DNA of 63,975 nucleotides, counting the filler, from Octopus bimaculoides (lineage: Eukaryota): the NCBI RefSeq assembly GCF_001194135.2. It is 7 parts of 6 records of this genome, joined end to end, with 100 filler letters (N's around TTAATTAATTAA, not from the genome) between each part and the next. Parts side by side here need not be neighbours in the genome. Positions count along the whole stretch, not along the records: positions 1 to 28,761 come from NC_068985.1; 6 more parts are not named here. The stretch is one strand, 5' to 3'. Below the pieces are notes generated by a model. The model was not told where the DNA came from, did no database searches, and worked only from the letters and a program-made list of their open reading frames with translations. The stretch's first letter is position 1. Each line of letters starts with the position of its first letter. This document shows positions 1 to 13,049 of the stretch, piece by piece. The translations under genes were made by a program, and so were the position numbers.

Positions 1-102
1 TATATCTTAAAAGATAGAGCTCAAAATCAATGCATTGAAGATACTTTATTGCAACAACAATTATAATAACAGAAACAACCACAATAAGCCAAACCTATGC
101 AC

Positions 103-136
<34 letters not shown>

Positions 137-150
<14 letters not shown>

Positions 151-382
151 CAAGTGTGTGTTTGTGAGTCTGTGTATGTCCACCCAGCATCGCTTGACAA
201 CCGATGCTGGTGTGTTTATGTCCCCGTAACCTAGCGGTTCGGCAAAAAAGAGACCGATAGAATAAGTACTAGGCTTCCGAAGAATAAGTCCTGGCGTTGA
301 TTTGCTCGAAGAAAAACGGTGCTCCAGCACGGCCGCAGTCAAATGACTGAAACAAATAAAAGGGTAAGAGAGTAAAAGAGTA
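137..382 (+). mobile_element. tRNA-derived SINE family 1, 3' half (5'-truncated)
   Basis: Matches the 3' half of the full copies at 30645-31093 and 36101-36498 (CATCGCTTGACAACCGATGCTGGTGTG ... GGCCGCAGTCAAATGACTGAAAC) and ends in the GAGTAAAAGAG tail. Confidence 0.9.
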
Positions 383-690
383 CCTACGCTACGCTATATC
401 GGTAGCCTCTGCAGCCTACAAACAGTTGCTGATTCCAAATACTTGTGGCTTTTTAGATATACATTTATATTCAGTTAGATTATACATATTGTTAATTTCA
501 TAAACAAGGTGGTAGCTATGTTTATTCGTATTGCTTTTAGTGTTTACAAGATTTTCATTATCTTTCTGTCAACGGAATCTGACTTATTACTTTTCCTGTA
601 TAATATTTTTTGGGTGAATCACCGTTTGTTGATATCAATGTAGGTATATATGTATGTAATGCATGTATGTAAGTTTGTAAACACACACAT

Positions 691-733
<43 letters not shown>

Positions 734-1382
734 NNNNNNNNNNNNNNNNNNNNNNNNNNNNNNNNNNNNNNNNNNNNNNNNNNNNNNNNNNNNNNNNNNN
801 NNNNNNNNNNNNNNNNNNNNNNNNNNNNNNNNNNNNNNNNNNNNNNNNNNNNNNNNNNNNNNNNNNNNNNNNNNNNNNNNNNNNNNNNNNNNNNNNNNNN
901 NNNNNNNNNNNNNNNNNNNNNNNNNNNNNNNNNNNNNNNNNNNNNNNNNNNNNNNNNNNNNNNNNNNNNNNNNNNNNNNNNNNNNNNNNNNNNNNNNNNN
1001 NNNNNNNNNNNNNNNNNNNNNNNNNNNNNNNNNNNNNNNNNNNNNNNNNNNNNNNNNNNNNNNNNNNNNNNNNNNNNNNNNNNNNNNNNNNNNNNNNNNN
1101 NNNNNNNNNNNNNNNNNNNNNNNNNNNNNNNNNNNNNNNNNNNNNNNNNNNNNNNNNNNNNNNNNNNNNNNNNNNNNNNNNNNNNNNNNNNNNNNNNNNN
1201 NNNNNNNNNNNNNNNNNNNNNNNNNNNNNNNNNNNNNNNNNNNNNNNNNNNNNNNNNNNNNNNNNNNNNNNNNNNNNNNNNNNNNNNNNNNNNNNNNNNN
1301 NNNNNNNNNNNNNNNNNNNNNNNNNNNNNNNNNNNNNNNNNNNNNNNNNNNNNNNNNNNNNNNNNNNNNNNNNNNNNNNNNN

Positions 1383-1434
<52 letters not shown>

Positions 1435-3189
1435 ATGTATGTATGCATACGCGAATAGACACATACACAGATATGTATATACCTATACATGCACACTGTC
1501 AGATATTATGCACATATGTTCTAAAACGCACGCACAAAAGATCAGAACTACACGTACACGAAAACTTGTCGTTGTGACATTAATGAAATATGTACACTAC
1601 GATGATGAAAAAAATATTGTACATCCATTGAATTGAATATTAAGCCATTTTTAATATAACTATACAATGTTACAAATAAACGTTAATGAAAATATATTTC
1701 TACGTAACATCATTAAATTTCACTTCCTTAATCGCATTCCAATACACTAACCATGATGCCATGCACCGTCACGTTTTATGTAGTAACTGTTGTTAAATAT
1801 GACCTCCAGAGTATATCTTTTTTATGTTAGACTCAGACACACATACAAGCAAGCACACACATATACACAGAAACAAGCACACATACACACACACACACAT
1901 GCACACACATAAACACACAAAATAAAACACATACATATACACACGCGTGCATACCACATGCATACGCGCATTTATTTATACTTACATAGCACACACACAC
2001 TCCACATATGTCCACATAAAAGAGAAACAAACCGCACACAGACACCCACGCACGCACACACACACACCCAAACATACAACACATACACACACACACCATA
2101 TACACGCTCCAAGACAAATTCACAACAAAAAAAATTCCCATAACCAATTTTTTTCTTTCTTTACGTCAATGAGATTTACTCAGAGTTACAAAGGCGTTCA
2201 GTTCACTTCGCAAATTATCCAGATATATCAACCGCATTTTATGTGTTTTTTTTTTATTCCATCATATCAAAGCCAAGCTGTAGCTGCTCAAGTTCTCTAG
2301 AACATATTCAATAGTTCTTTACCTGCAGATTCTATTCAGTGTTTGAAATAATATATTACTAACCATAAATATTGCTCACACGTGATAACCGCTGTAATAT
2401 ATCTTTCCCTTTCTGCATTTGTATAGCAGTATAATCAGTGAGGCAGATCGACTTCCTCATAAAATGATAATCAGTACGGATATTCCTGTTTGTACATTGC
2501 ACGTTGGTGTTCTATCGAAGTGGCATATTTTTAAGAATTAAATTTCGGAAGATGCATGTGTATGACACTATCCATATATCCATGAATAAAATTTAGAATA
2601 TGGAAATATTGCTATTTCAGCTTATCGCCTGCACTGCTTATATTTCTCCATGATATATTGCTAGTTTTATAGACTATAGTCCGCAAATCTTCGTAGATTT
2701 ATCACAGTCTAGAATTAATTGAAATACCTGTTTAATTATTACATGAATGCTTAAAATGATGTTTCTACTTCTAATATTTTACAGTTCAATATATGTGTAT
2801 GTGGCATCAATCACTAATAACATTAAGGTAATCCTAACTATAAGGAAGACACGTGAATGTAAGCATAGCAATTGAGGATGGTGCGATTGTAGTCAGAAAC
2901 TGTTTGCCACAACCTACAGACGTGTTTGTAGTGTGAATTGCGTGTGTGTGTGTGTGTTATTATACGTGTGTGAGAGTATACGTATGTGTGCATGCATGCG
3001 TTCGCGCCTGAATGAGTCTTAGAAGTACAACAGCGGTGTTGAAACATTTCTCAAGTCAAACGATAGAGGTCAAGCTATTTATAACCCATCTCTTCGCAGA
3101 GATAAACAACATAGGTCGAACGCCCTTACCTACAAAATATTAAAAAATACAAAGATTGAAGAGTAACAAGGAGGACTAAGAGAAACGTG

Positions 3190-3480
3190 TTTTTCCCAGA
3201 GGAATACTGGATGTGGTGCATGAACATCTGACAACCTTGAGGTGCAAGGTGAGATAGAGAAGCCTTGATTCAAGAAGCTTGTGACCTGCATTACGAGGCA
3301 AGCCCTGACCTGAGTCCTACAAGAAAGGCGGGATAGAAAACTCATTCAAAATTGCTGAGAGTGGAGGGATGCTATGATAGGACTTATCTACCTAGAGACA
3401 GGCGGAATAGTCATTCCAGAGACAAGAAGAATGGAGAAATGTCACTAATGGCTTATACTTTGCAGGGATGGAAGGGACAA
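3190..3480 (+). mobile_element. RTE-clade LINE, decayed 3' end of ORF
   Basis: Manual translation gives CITRQALT*..Q.RR and later EWRNVTNGLYFAG, resembling the RTE C-terminal motifs TRQALxWxPQGxRxRGRP and DRxxWRxxVxxLCS. Contains stops and frameshifts. Confidence 0.6.
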
Positions 3481-4869
3481 AGCCCAAATCAAAGTGTAGC
3501 ATATTTATATTTCTTAACTAATCAACAATCTACTTGAAGTATGTGTTTTGCAATTAATACTACTTTTGTTTACCGTCCTATACATTTTGCACACGCTTCA
3601 ATATTCATGGGAAAAACTACTTGATTTATATTATTAATATATTTTATTCCAGATCATTGTACAAACTTTGTAGCATATATCTGAAGCTTTTGCATCGAAA
3701 TAAGATACCTTGACTGTTAAACAATGCATTTCACGTGCATCAATTTACATTATATACTTACAAAAACATACCTTTGTAAAATGTTTACCTTTCATAAGAT
3801 GAAAATGCTATTTTTTAAAGAAAAAATACATTAAGATAATCCATAAAATATATTTCTTGAAACAAAACCCACATATAAAAGGTGTTTGTTTATTTTTTTC
3901 GTCTACCATTTTACAGAATATATCAACATTTATTATCAACCTAAAAGTGTGTATTCCGTTCAATATATATATATCACATGTTTCATGGAAACCATATTGT
4001 TTAAATTGATAATTGACAAACCATGTTATTAACATTACTGATAAATGTTAAATATATTTAAACGGCAGACTGATCTAGCGTTGTATATTAAGCGAACATC
4101 AAAACGGGTATAACGTCACTTAATGTAATTTTGTATTCATGCAGGTTAGAGGAATCGAACGATAATATTTAAAGCGATAACCTAGATCCGCTTAATGTTA
4201 TTTACCCTGTTACGCATATATTATGTAATGTTGATTACATTAAACTCACATGATGAGTTGCATTTCACTCGACAACTTTGGATATAAGATATTCAGCTTA
4301 GAACAGAATACGATTTCTTATGTGCTGCCGAGTATTCGATGAAGGATAATTAGCATATTTCAGATATATAAGCTACAATTACATTCTCTTTCAAAGTGTC
4401 CGTTCTTTACATTAGTTCGATATGCAAAAATTCATTTAATGTAGTCAAACGGAGAAGAAAGAATCAAATACTAATCTATGCTAGATATATATCTAATCGA
4501 TTTCGTATGAATAAAATATCCACTTGAAAAATGATAAAAGGGTCTAACTGGAGAATGCAGAATATAAAAATATGTTGAGAGAACTTAAAATAGTGCATGA
4601 TTTGAATATTTCCGCTGTGAAATTTCAAACCGCGACAGTTGGCGTTCAAGTGACATGAAGAATGTTAATTAAACGTTATAAATTGCTAAAATATATTTTG
4701 TTTCATACCAACATAATCAACATATAGACACCTACGTACATTCACATATGCACACACACCTCGCAATTATATATGTGTGTGTGTGTATGTGTGCGTGTGT
4801 GCGTGTGTGTGTGTGTGTGTGTGCGTGTGTGTGTGTAATATTGTATGTGACAATTATTCCGTTGCTATA

Positions 4870-4928
4870 ATAAAACTCCTAGTTTCGGATGTCGGAGTGG
4901 AAAACTACTCCGGCATCTCGTCAGTTAT
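4870..4928 (-). ncRNA. Type I hammerhead ribozyme candidate with long stem II
   Basis: Minus strand reads ATAA-CTGACGA-GATGCCGGAGT(AGTTTTCC)ACTCCGACATC-C-GAAACT(AGG)AGTT-TTAT. It has both core boxes, a 4-bp stem I (ATAA/TTAT), a ~10-bp stem II, a 3-bp stem III and a GUU triplet. Confidence 0.7.
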
Positions 4929-5038
4929 GGAGACAATCAAAATATTCTAGGAAAATGACCGTTAAAGAAAGGGAAACATTTCCAGTGTCCTTGTGTTTAC
5001 AAGGAGGAGACAAGCACCTCCACCCAGTTATGGCTGCA

Positions 5039-5080
5039 TCCAGATACTAGTTTCTGAGTCTTGCTCTTCATCAGTCTGGA
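5039..5080 (-). ncRNA. Minimal type I hammerhead ribozyme candidate
   Basis: Minus strand reads TCCAGA-CTGATGA-A-GAG(CAAGA)CTC-A-GAAAC-TA-GTA-TCTGGA. Perfect 6-bp stem I, intact core, palindromic ACTAGT stem III and a GUA triplet. Confidence 0.75.
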
Positions 5081-5409
5081 GTAGCGTGGCTTGCTAGCTC
5101 TTGTCACATTAAGTTGACAGCATAGAACTACTTCATCGTAGCATTATTGCATAACTATCTCTGAGAGATTTAGAAATTAAAGGACAAAAAAATTGTTATT
5201 TCTCCTTGTATACCTAGGTTCGAAAATGGTATAATACTTTAAGCAAGTCGTCCTATTCCCCATCCTTTCTTGCAAACGCCCATTTTTTTTCTATCGTGTT
5301 TCATGGCTGTCTGTCAGGTTCTTTATAACTACATTTCATTGAAAATATAGTGATTCTCTGTCTTTCTTTCTTTTTTACACTTTTCTCTCTCTCTCTTTCT
5401 CTTTTTCTC

Positions 5410-5790
5410 GCTCCTTACAATTGCTCCTTCATTCCTCTATATCTGGAGTTGTTTTACTGATTCTCCAATATTATGAACTGCTCGATATGAATTTCACTTC
5501 CGTATCTCTTTCAGTTTCGTCTGTATCATAGAAGTATTCAGCTTGAAGCTGTTAAGTTTTCTTCTAATCTCTTCTCCTGTTTTCTGAAGTTTTTCCGCTT
5601 TACTTCTCCTTGCTCTTCAATTAAGACCACACCTCTTTACTCGTTGCCATCATACCTAATCCTTCGGTTTCACTTACTGATCTTTACAATTACTGATGTA
5701 TTCTGTGTTTTCCTACTATTCTGTCCTCTTTCATTCTTCTGTTTGCTGTTCACTCTCATTTTCTCTCTATTCCATTCCACAGCGGCTGTT
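5410..5790 (-). mobile_element. Possible highly decayed L1/Tx1-like LINE remnant (endonuclease-RT linker)
   Basis: Strong purine bias on the minus strand. Translation includes NEGAIVRSEK, resembling the GAxIRSR motif of L1/Tx1 ORF2. Many stops. Confidence 0.3.
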
Positions 5791-8529
5791 ATATCAGTTT
5801 GTTATTTATTAAAACGCCTACACATTCTTCACATGTTCATGCATTCTTAACATTTACTGATACTACCCCAATCACACAAACGATGCTGTCATTTGCAAAA
5901 CATTCGCCAATTTTTCTGTCATAAATTTACATTGATATTTAAAAGCAAATTTCTTCAACTTGTTTATGAATTACGATTATTCATTATTACTAAAGTTTTA
6001 AAAATGGTGCTTTCCAAAGCATCATACCCTCTTTTAATTACCGTTTCTCAGTAATTCACGTACGATATAGGGGCAGAAGATCTGCAACAAGTAACAATCC
6101 AAGTTCTTGTAGCTACCACGATAAAAATTATATTCCAGTATGCAATTGAGCGGAACGTTGAAAGTGAGGTTCACTCTCAACGGATAGCTGCCTACATGTT
6201 GCAGTTATACAACTAGAAGTGTTTGACAAAAGAAAACAAAATTCACCTTGAACAAAGTACTGGCAAAACGGCTGCAAGTAGGCACCTAGGAGGGGATTGC
6301 AAGCACTAGTATGGAATTGGTGAAAATACTAAGGAACAGGTTGCACATAGACACAATATAAGGCACCAGTGCAGTATAACTAAGCCTTATTATCCAGGCT
6401 ACATATCGGACTTAGAAACATATACAGTGCATAATTTATCCTGAGTGACATCTGCTGCTGTGAAAATATTCTATTATGTAAAATAACAACAGGTTTCTGC
6501 ATTATGATATTTCAACAGAATGTTAATCATTTGTTGAAGCTGATGTGGACTTTGAAAGGCAGCGTCTTACTGCAATAACTCAGTAATCCAGATAGGTTTG
6601 GCAGAGAGCCATAAATTAACCCTTTCCAAATTACTTAGTTTAAAGCCCGCTTCATGGGAGTTTTTGTTCACATTCAATGCGCAATGTAAAATTTACAAAA
6701 GTGATTAATTCATTCCCATTTGAATGACAAGTTCCGGTTTCTGCTGCTTTATGTTGTTGAGGACTAAAAGGTATAAGATTATAAGAGGATGCAATCTCCG
6801 CAGGATCAATATTTGGACTGGCTTTTAATATTAAAAATATTGGCCTTGAAAAGAGTAGCTATATCAGCAGTTATATGTATTCAATATTTGATGTTTGTAT
6901 CGACATTAGAATTTCCTACTTGTATTAATTGATATGAGTTACTATATGAAATAAATGCCTCTCAGTTCAGCATACTTTAATGAAATGGGATTGAAGCCAT
7001 CACAATAGGAGGGCAACATGGCAAAAGAGACATTATATTATATTGCAAAGGCAGCAGGAGATCTTGTTCCATCCTACACTTCATGTCAAATGTGAAAGAA
7101 AAAATGTTCGACATTATGGGATACAGCATTGAACAAAATTTTCCGGTTGGAAACAGTCTGTTCTTTTATACCCACCATTTCTTGGTTTTCAAAATTCCAT
7201 TAAATACCTTTAAGGAAATGATTCACTCCTCCCATAGATTTTGTGAGTAGATATTTTTGAATTGAAACAATCTGAGGCAATACAAAGGTTTTAGAAGTGA
7301 ATAGAAAATCTTATATGCATTCACGAAATGAAAACGGTAAAGATGCATTTATAGCAAAGACTGCCGAGTTGCACATCATTAATTCAAATGTTACTTGTAA
7401 GAATCCTTTGATACACATATGATTGAAAAGAGTGAATAACTGTATTCAGTGTTTTAAACGTCATGTCATTTTCAACGTTTTTTCGTACATTTTAATCCGG
7501 AATAGAGAGGTTGAAAACTTACACTATCAGATGAAATCCATATCATACTTTTTTGACTCATGTATATCAAATATAGATATCATTATGACGGTGTTAATTA
7601 TAATGATTATAACGATGAAGATGACATCGGTGAGAACAACGACGACGACGATGATGAGGAGGAGGAGGATGAGGAGGATGAGGACGTTTATAATGATGCT
7701 AGGAATATGAGGAGTTTGTTTGCCACCAATTACATGAACAGCTCCGGTGACATACACACATACATACACACACCAAACCCTCCTCACACACACAAGCACC
7801 ATAAGTGAAACGTGGCAGAGTAACATGCACAAAAATGTTAATTGCTGAACAGATAGTAATTAATTAATTACACTTTATCAGCAGATATCGAAGTCATTAA
7901 GGTATACCTTACTATGAGAACAGATTACCCCTGCGAGGCTGCTGATGAAGGTTTCATCATTAATGAAAAGATCATGAATGATATAAAAAGCGAAGCTATT
8001 CAAACACATGTTCAGATTTCTTCAGGTTTTGGTTGGTTCACATCATATATCATATGACTCGGTGCTCAATGAGTATTAATTTCAAGTGTGCAAGAATTGA
8101 AGTTCCCATTTCCCACAATAATCTTTCACCTAATTTCAAACCTAAAAAGCCACAAAGTATCAAGAAATGAACAGAGCAGATATCTGTTTTACATCTGTTC
8201 ACTGTGTCTATAGAGGAAAGGATTAATGTCTCAGTTCATCTGGCCATTTGAGGAAAGTTAACAACAAAATTGTAGTATATTGTCCAAGAGAAATGTTCTT
8301 GATTATTTAATGTTAAAGAAACCGACCTCTTATATACTTAACTCTTTGTTTGTCCAAAGCATTTTATTCGTTCTAAATGTCCATGATTGTTTCTGTCTTT
8401 TAGTTAGCTCATGTTTGGAAATATATAAGTAAATAGATAGACAGACATACAGACATACAGACAGACAGATATGTTGATGGATATACATAGATAGATAGAT
8501 TGACTGATCGATCGATCTATAGACAGACA

Positions 8530-8563
<34 letters not shown>

Positions 8564-8770
8564 GCTGTAAATTACGAGAGGAAGAGTACGCCGAAATTTA
8601 TTGAAGTATAATAAAATTCAAATATCAAGGCAAATTGTTTCGTAACTTAAAGCATGTATACATAATTCATTTTATATTTCATAATAGATAAGTGACTTTT
8701 ATATCTGTAAATATACAATAATACACAAAATGATTTAAAATAACGTAGTAATTGAAGAACGTATATCTAT

Positions 8771-8872
<102 letters not shown>

Positions 8873-10269
8873 GATTGTCTATTAACTTATGTTTATTGCT
8901 ATTTCACTTCTTAGTTAAAGTAAATAATAATATTGAACTATTTATATAGTCAATTCCACCATGCTAAATATAATTGTAATTCATATTTTGAAATTCTTTC
9001 TTTACTAAAAATGTTTATAGGAATTTTAGGTTTGAAAACCTTTTTGAGTGTATCTTCGTCTGTTATAATAGTATTTATGTGTTTCATAAACTATTTTAAT
9101 GAATGCATATTGAAATAGTTTTTCTATATATTTATTTTATATACTTTAATCTATCCCAATCCCCAGTACTAAGTTATATTAATCTTATCCTATATTACAA
9201 CTTATTCTCTATTTGTTTTTTTTTTATTATTATTTTTATTTCAACATTTAATCCTACTTTTAATGTTATTCATATTTTACTTTTTGATATCACTCGTTAT
9301 ATTTCGTAAATTCTGTCTCTATGAAGCGTAAATATATGATTTCTCTCATCTTATAGCAAAAATGTCTAATAATTATTTATGAATATCATAATAATTCTTC
9401 GTTCTCGTTTCAGAAAGCTGTATTATTAATTTATACAATTTTTTTCTTATTGTCTGTTATACGTTTTATGAATTTTTCAAAAACTATTTACTTATGTATT
9501 CAAATTTCTATAAAAAAAGATTAATTTAATATTATTCATATTCCTCTTGCTCATATCAATCCCTATATGTTGTAAACATTATCTCAAATTTTTTTAGCTT
9601 CACTAGGTTATTATTAGTTTTCTCTATTTTTCTCTATTTTTTGCAATCCTTTATTTTCTGGATTTTGAATAACGAATACATCACGTTTCTTTTATAATAC
9701 TAATAAGATATACTACTTTTTAATTTTAATAAAATTCTCTTCCATTTATTAGACAATCCTCTCTTTATAGTATATTAATTTAATTTTCATTGTCTTCTGT
9801 GACTTTTAACATTCTAGCTAAATACTGTTTTCACGTTCTTGTAAAGCCACGTCGAGATTTTAGTATATTTAAATAAGATTTTCTTTCCCGTCATCATGTA
9901 GCTTAATTTCTGCATTGATTTAGATGACTTCTTCTATTATTGCAGACATGTAATTAATTTATTTATGATTTCATATGCTTTAATTTACGACAAAATTCGT
10001 TGTGACATCTGAATTTTATTATACTTAAATACATTTCGATGTATCTATGGAGAGGATTTATGTTCATATAGAATATTGCAAACTAGATACAAAAATGAAA
10101 TTAATAAATTTTATGATACTATTTCTCACGTCGTTTATAACCTGATACCTTCTTTATCATTTTATCATGTAATATAAATTACCACTACTTTCTTTTTATC
10201 TCCCCTTCTTCCTAGCGCTGACCACCTCTGTCCGGCATTCACCATTATTGATCTCTAGCCACTAAACCT

Positions 10270-10430
10270 TTTTATTTTCTCTTTATGTTTATTTCTGTGT
10301 TCCTTTCTGTTGAAGAGCGTAGGCTCGAAACGTAAAAGACTTTCGAACTTCCCGAGCGTTAAAATAAAACATCTGTATTTTGGTTACACACCCGTCATCG
10401 TCTTTTTTTTTTTTTGTAAATTCCAACTAT
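10270..10430 (+). mobile_element. HHR-bearing dispersed repeat (probable PLE terminal repeat), copy 1
   Basis: CTTT-CTGTTGA-A-GAGC(GTAG)GCTC-GAAAC-GTA-AAAG at 10303-10338, with a pyrimidine-rich flank and T-rich 3' end like the related copies at 17.3, 26.5 and 28.1 kb. Confidence 0.65.
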
Positions 10431-10840
10431 AAATCTGTATGTTTGTAAAATGATACATTATGGAGCCATTTCATGAATGTTAGCGCATTACTTGAGTCTC
10501 TATATTGTGGTTTGAAAATATAAATTCTAAGATGAATTAGATCACGCAATAAATATGCCTTACATCATTTTGCAGCCAACAAAGATAAGCCAGACGACTA
10601 GAAAGTTATACAACATATTGTCCCACATTTCTCCAATTGTTTGAAGTTAATAGTTATGTTTTAGAGTTAAAGTGCCGCCTACTAAAAGGCGATCACACTT
10701 TACTTAGATTCTGGTAGTGTATTTATTCGTGGGAAAACTACTTGGTCAGCTATTTGGTGTCCGAATAATGTCCCGCCACTGTTGCAGTGGTCAAACAGGT
10801 CCTGGAAAAATAGAAGAACCGTTTGGTGCTATATTTTCCT

Positions 10841-11100
10841 GTTAGGATAGACGAACGTCGCAAAGATGTGACTCGAGGAGACATTGATAAATCGAATATA
10901 GCTGATCATGTATGAAAAAATGGCGACCACCTCACCCTGTGGTATGAAGTTAAAATAATGGATAGAGAGCACCACTGGAAAATACGAAACTGAAAGAAGC
11001 AGCACATATTTTAAGATACAACGAACTGCTAAGCGGACCGAGTGAAGATATGAGTAGCATATTTGAAACGGCATTAAGGAAGGATAGGAAAATATTAGAT
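10841..11100 (+). mobile_element. Penelope-like element, GIY-YIG endonuclease C-terminal fragment (pseudogenised)
   Basis: Translation VRIDERRKDVTRGDIDKSNIADHV*KNGDHLTLWYEVKIMDREHHWKIR/KLKEAAHIL fits the PLE pattern RxxEH...KSxxAxH...H...W...I.D.E..W..R..KEAxHI. Confidence 0.8.
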
Positions 11101-11421
11101 TTATATGCCCTAAATTTGACCCCATAATTCGCGGACGTAGTGCAGGACAAAGTTGCGATAGGCGTAGCCTTCAGACCAGAAGGGCAATTAATGACTATAA
11201 ACAAAAAAACTCACTTTAATGCCAACTGTATGAAGGAAGATTAAAAATAAAAACGACAATTATTAGTGAGATTATCAACAGAAAACATGACAGCATGCCG
11301 AATGTTAAGCAACAATAAATGAAACACATTCAAATCTTGTTCAATATCTAGTGCAGGTTTTATATACACATGCCATGCGTACATACGTACATATATATAC
11401 ACACGAAAACAGATATATATA

Positions 11422-11452
<31 letters not shown>

Positions 11453-12061
11453 ATATATATATATATATATNNNNNNNNNNNNNNNNNNNNNNNNNNNNNN
11501 NNNNNNNNNNNNNNNNNNNNNNNNNNNNNNNNNNNNNNNNNNNNNNNNNNNNNNNNNNNNNNNNNNNNNNNNNNNNNNNNNNNNNNNNNNNNNNNNNNNN
11601 NNNNNNNNNNNNNNNNNNNNNNNNNNNNNNNNNNNNNNNNNNNNNNNNNNNNNNNNNNNNNNNNNNNNNNNNNNNNNNNNNNNNNNNNNNNNNNNNNNNN
11701 NNNNNNNNNNNNNNNNNNNNNNNNNNNNNNNNNNNNNNNNNNNNNNNNNNNNNNNNNNNNNNNNNNNNNNNNNNNNNNNNNNNNNNNNNNNNNNNNNNNN
11801 NNNNNNNNNNNNNNNNNNNNNNNNNNNNNNNNNNNNNNNNNNNNNNNNNNNNNNNNNNNNNNNNNNNNNNNNNNNNNNNNNNNNNNNNNNNNNNNNNNNN
11901 NNNNNNNNNNNNNNNNNNNNNNNNNNNNNNNNNNNNNNNNNNNNNNNNNNNNNNNNNNNNNNNNNNNNNNNNNNNNNNNNNNNNNNNNNNNNNNNNNNNN
12001 NNNNNNNNNNNNNNNNNNNNNNNNNNNNNNNNNNNNNNNNNNNNNNNNNNNNNNNNNNNNN

Positions 12062-12103
<42 letters not shown>

Positions 12104-12329
12104 ATGTGTTTAAAAATCTGATAAGTAATATTAGTAACAACGTGTTTAACTTCTCTTCTTCCAAAGACTTCTTCGAGAAAGGCCCTAGCGAATAGTGACT
12201 TCAAAGATATATTAATATATAATCCCTCTAATGATCAACATATTAATAATGGATCTCATCGCATCAAAGATCATGTAGTACTTATCCACAGTAGTATTTA
12301 CCAGGATAATAAACCTAAAAATTGGCTGA

Positions 12330-12510
12330 AGAAGATTATTTGGTTCACCACTCCCTATTATCTTAATATAAAATGTAACATTGGTAAAATATTCTGGTCA
12401 CTCCTAGACAAAATATTTCCAGCCCCTCATTGATACCAGAAAATATTTAAAAGGCGTTCTGTGAAATTATCATGTAGTGTCCCAATATTTCGAGCCGTGA
12501 TTATATCGTA
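12330..12510 (+). mobile_element. Penelope-like element fragment (RT-endonuclease linker, IIWFNPP type)
   Basis: Translation KIIWFTTPYYLNIKCNIGKIFWSLLDKIFPAPH*YQKIFKRRSVKLSCS resembles IIWFNPPYSxNVxTNIGxxFLxLLDKHFP..H..HKIFNRxTVKxSYSC. Confidence 0.8.
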
Positions 12511-13005
12511 ATTCATTACTTTGAGAGATGATTGGCAGGTTTGCTTTGGCAATGTTGAAGATATTCTGGTGACATGTGCTGTGTGTCCCTATAAATAGTA
12601 TGACTTGTTCTTGTTTTCATCTTCTTTGGGTTGTCCTAATTTGTTGGATGTGTATATTTATAGCCGGCTGAATGCCATTTTCTATATGTAGAGACGGGTA
12701 GCCCTTTGTTCCTGGCGGGTAGGCGTTTTTTCGTGGTATTCGCATCTTCTACAATGGTACGAATTATTTTGGCTAAGCAGCATGGAATGTTGCCTTTTGT
12801 ATGTTGTGGATGGCACGACATAAAATTGAGGTATTGATGAGTGTCCCTGTGTTTGTAGTATATATTCGTCATAATAGTTTTGTCCATTTTAATTACCATT
12901 ATATCTAGAAATGGTAATGTGGTACTACTCAACTCCTTCGTAAATTGGAGAGATGGATATAAGTTGTTCAGGAGGATATTGAACTCTTCCAGAGTATTTG
13001 GAGAT
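12510..13005 (-). mobile_element. Penelope-like element, RT C-terminal region (pseudogenised)
   Basis: LEEFNILLNNLYPSLQFTKELSSTTLPFLDIMVIK...IYYKHRDTHQYLNFMSCHPQHTKGNIPCCLAKIIRTIV fits PLE LPFLD and YLxFxSxHP motifs. It continues downstream as ILFIGTH...NIFNIAKANLPII. Overlaps ORF 12636-12932. Confidence 0.88.
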
Positions 13006-13049
13006 CATGTCATGTTTCTGAGAAAGTTCATAAAGAACTGTTTTACTGG

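Noticed and set aside
558-1636. Long ORFs spanning N gaps (here and at 11.3, 16.7, 20.7, 24.9, 37.1, 42.4, 44.7, 46.7, 55.5, 59.1 and 61.4 kb)
   Set aside because: They consist of X residues and YI/HT/CV dipeptide runs from gaps and microsatellites.
4140-4190. GATAA(TA)CCTAGATC motif shared with 18455-18470, each downstream of ATGCAGGT
   Set aside because: Too short and irregularly spaced to support homology or paralogous exons.
7560-7808. Acidic ORF (DDDDDEEEEDEEDED)
   Set aside because: Produced by degenerate trinucleotide repeats; no domain or splice context.
7943-7975. CTGATGAAGG hammerhead-like start
   Set aside because: Forms a simple TGATGAA/TTCATCA hairpin, with no stem II closing onto GAAA and no stem I.
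8900-10150. Very AT-rich, strand-biased stretch suggestive of a decayed LINE
   Set aside because: No motif could be matched with confidence in any frame.
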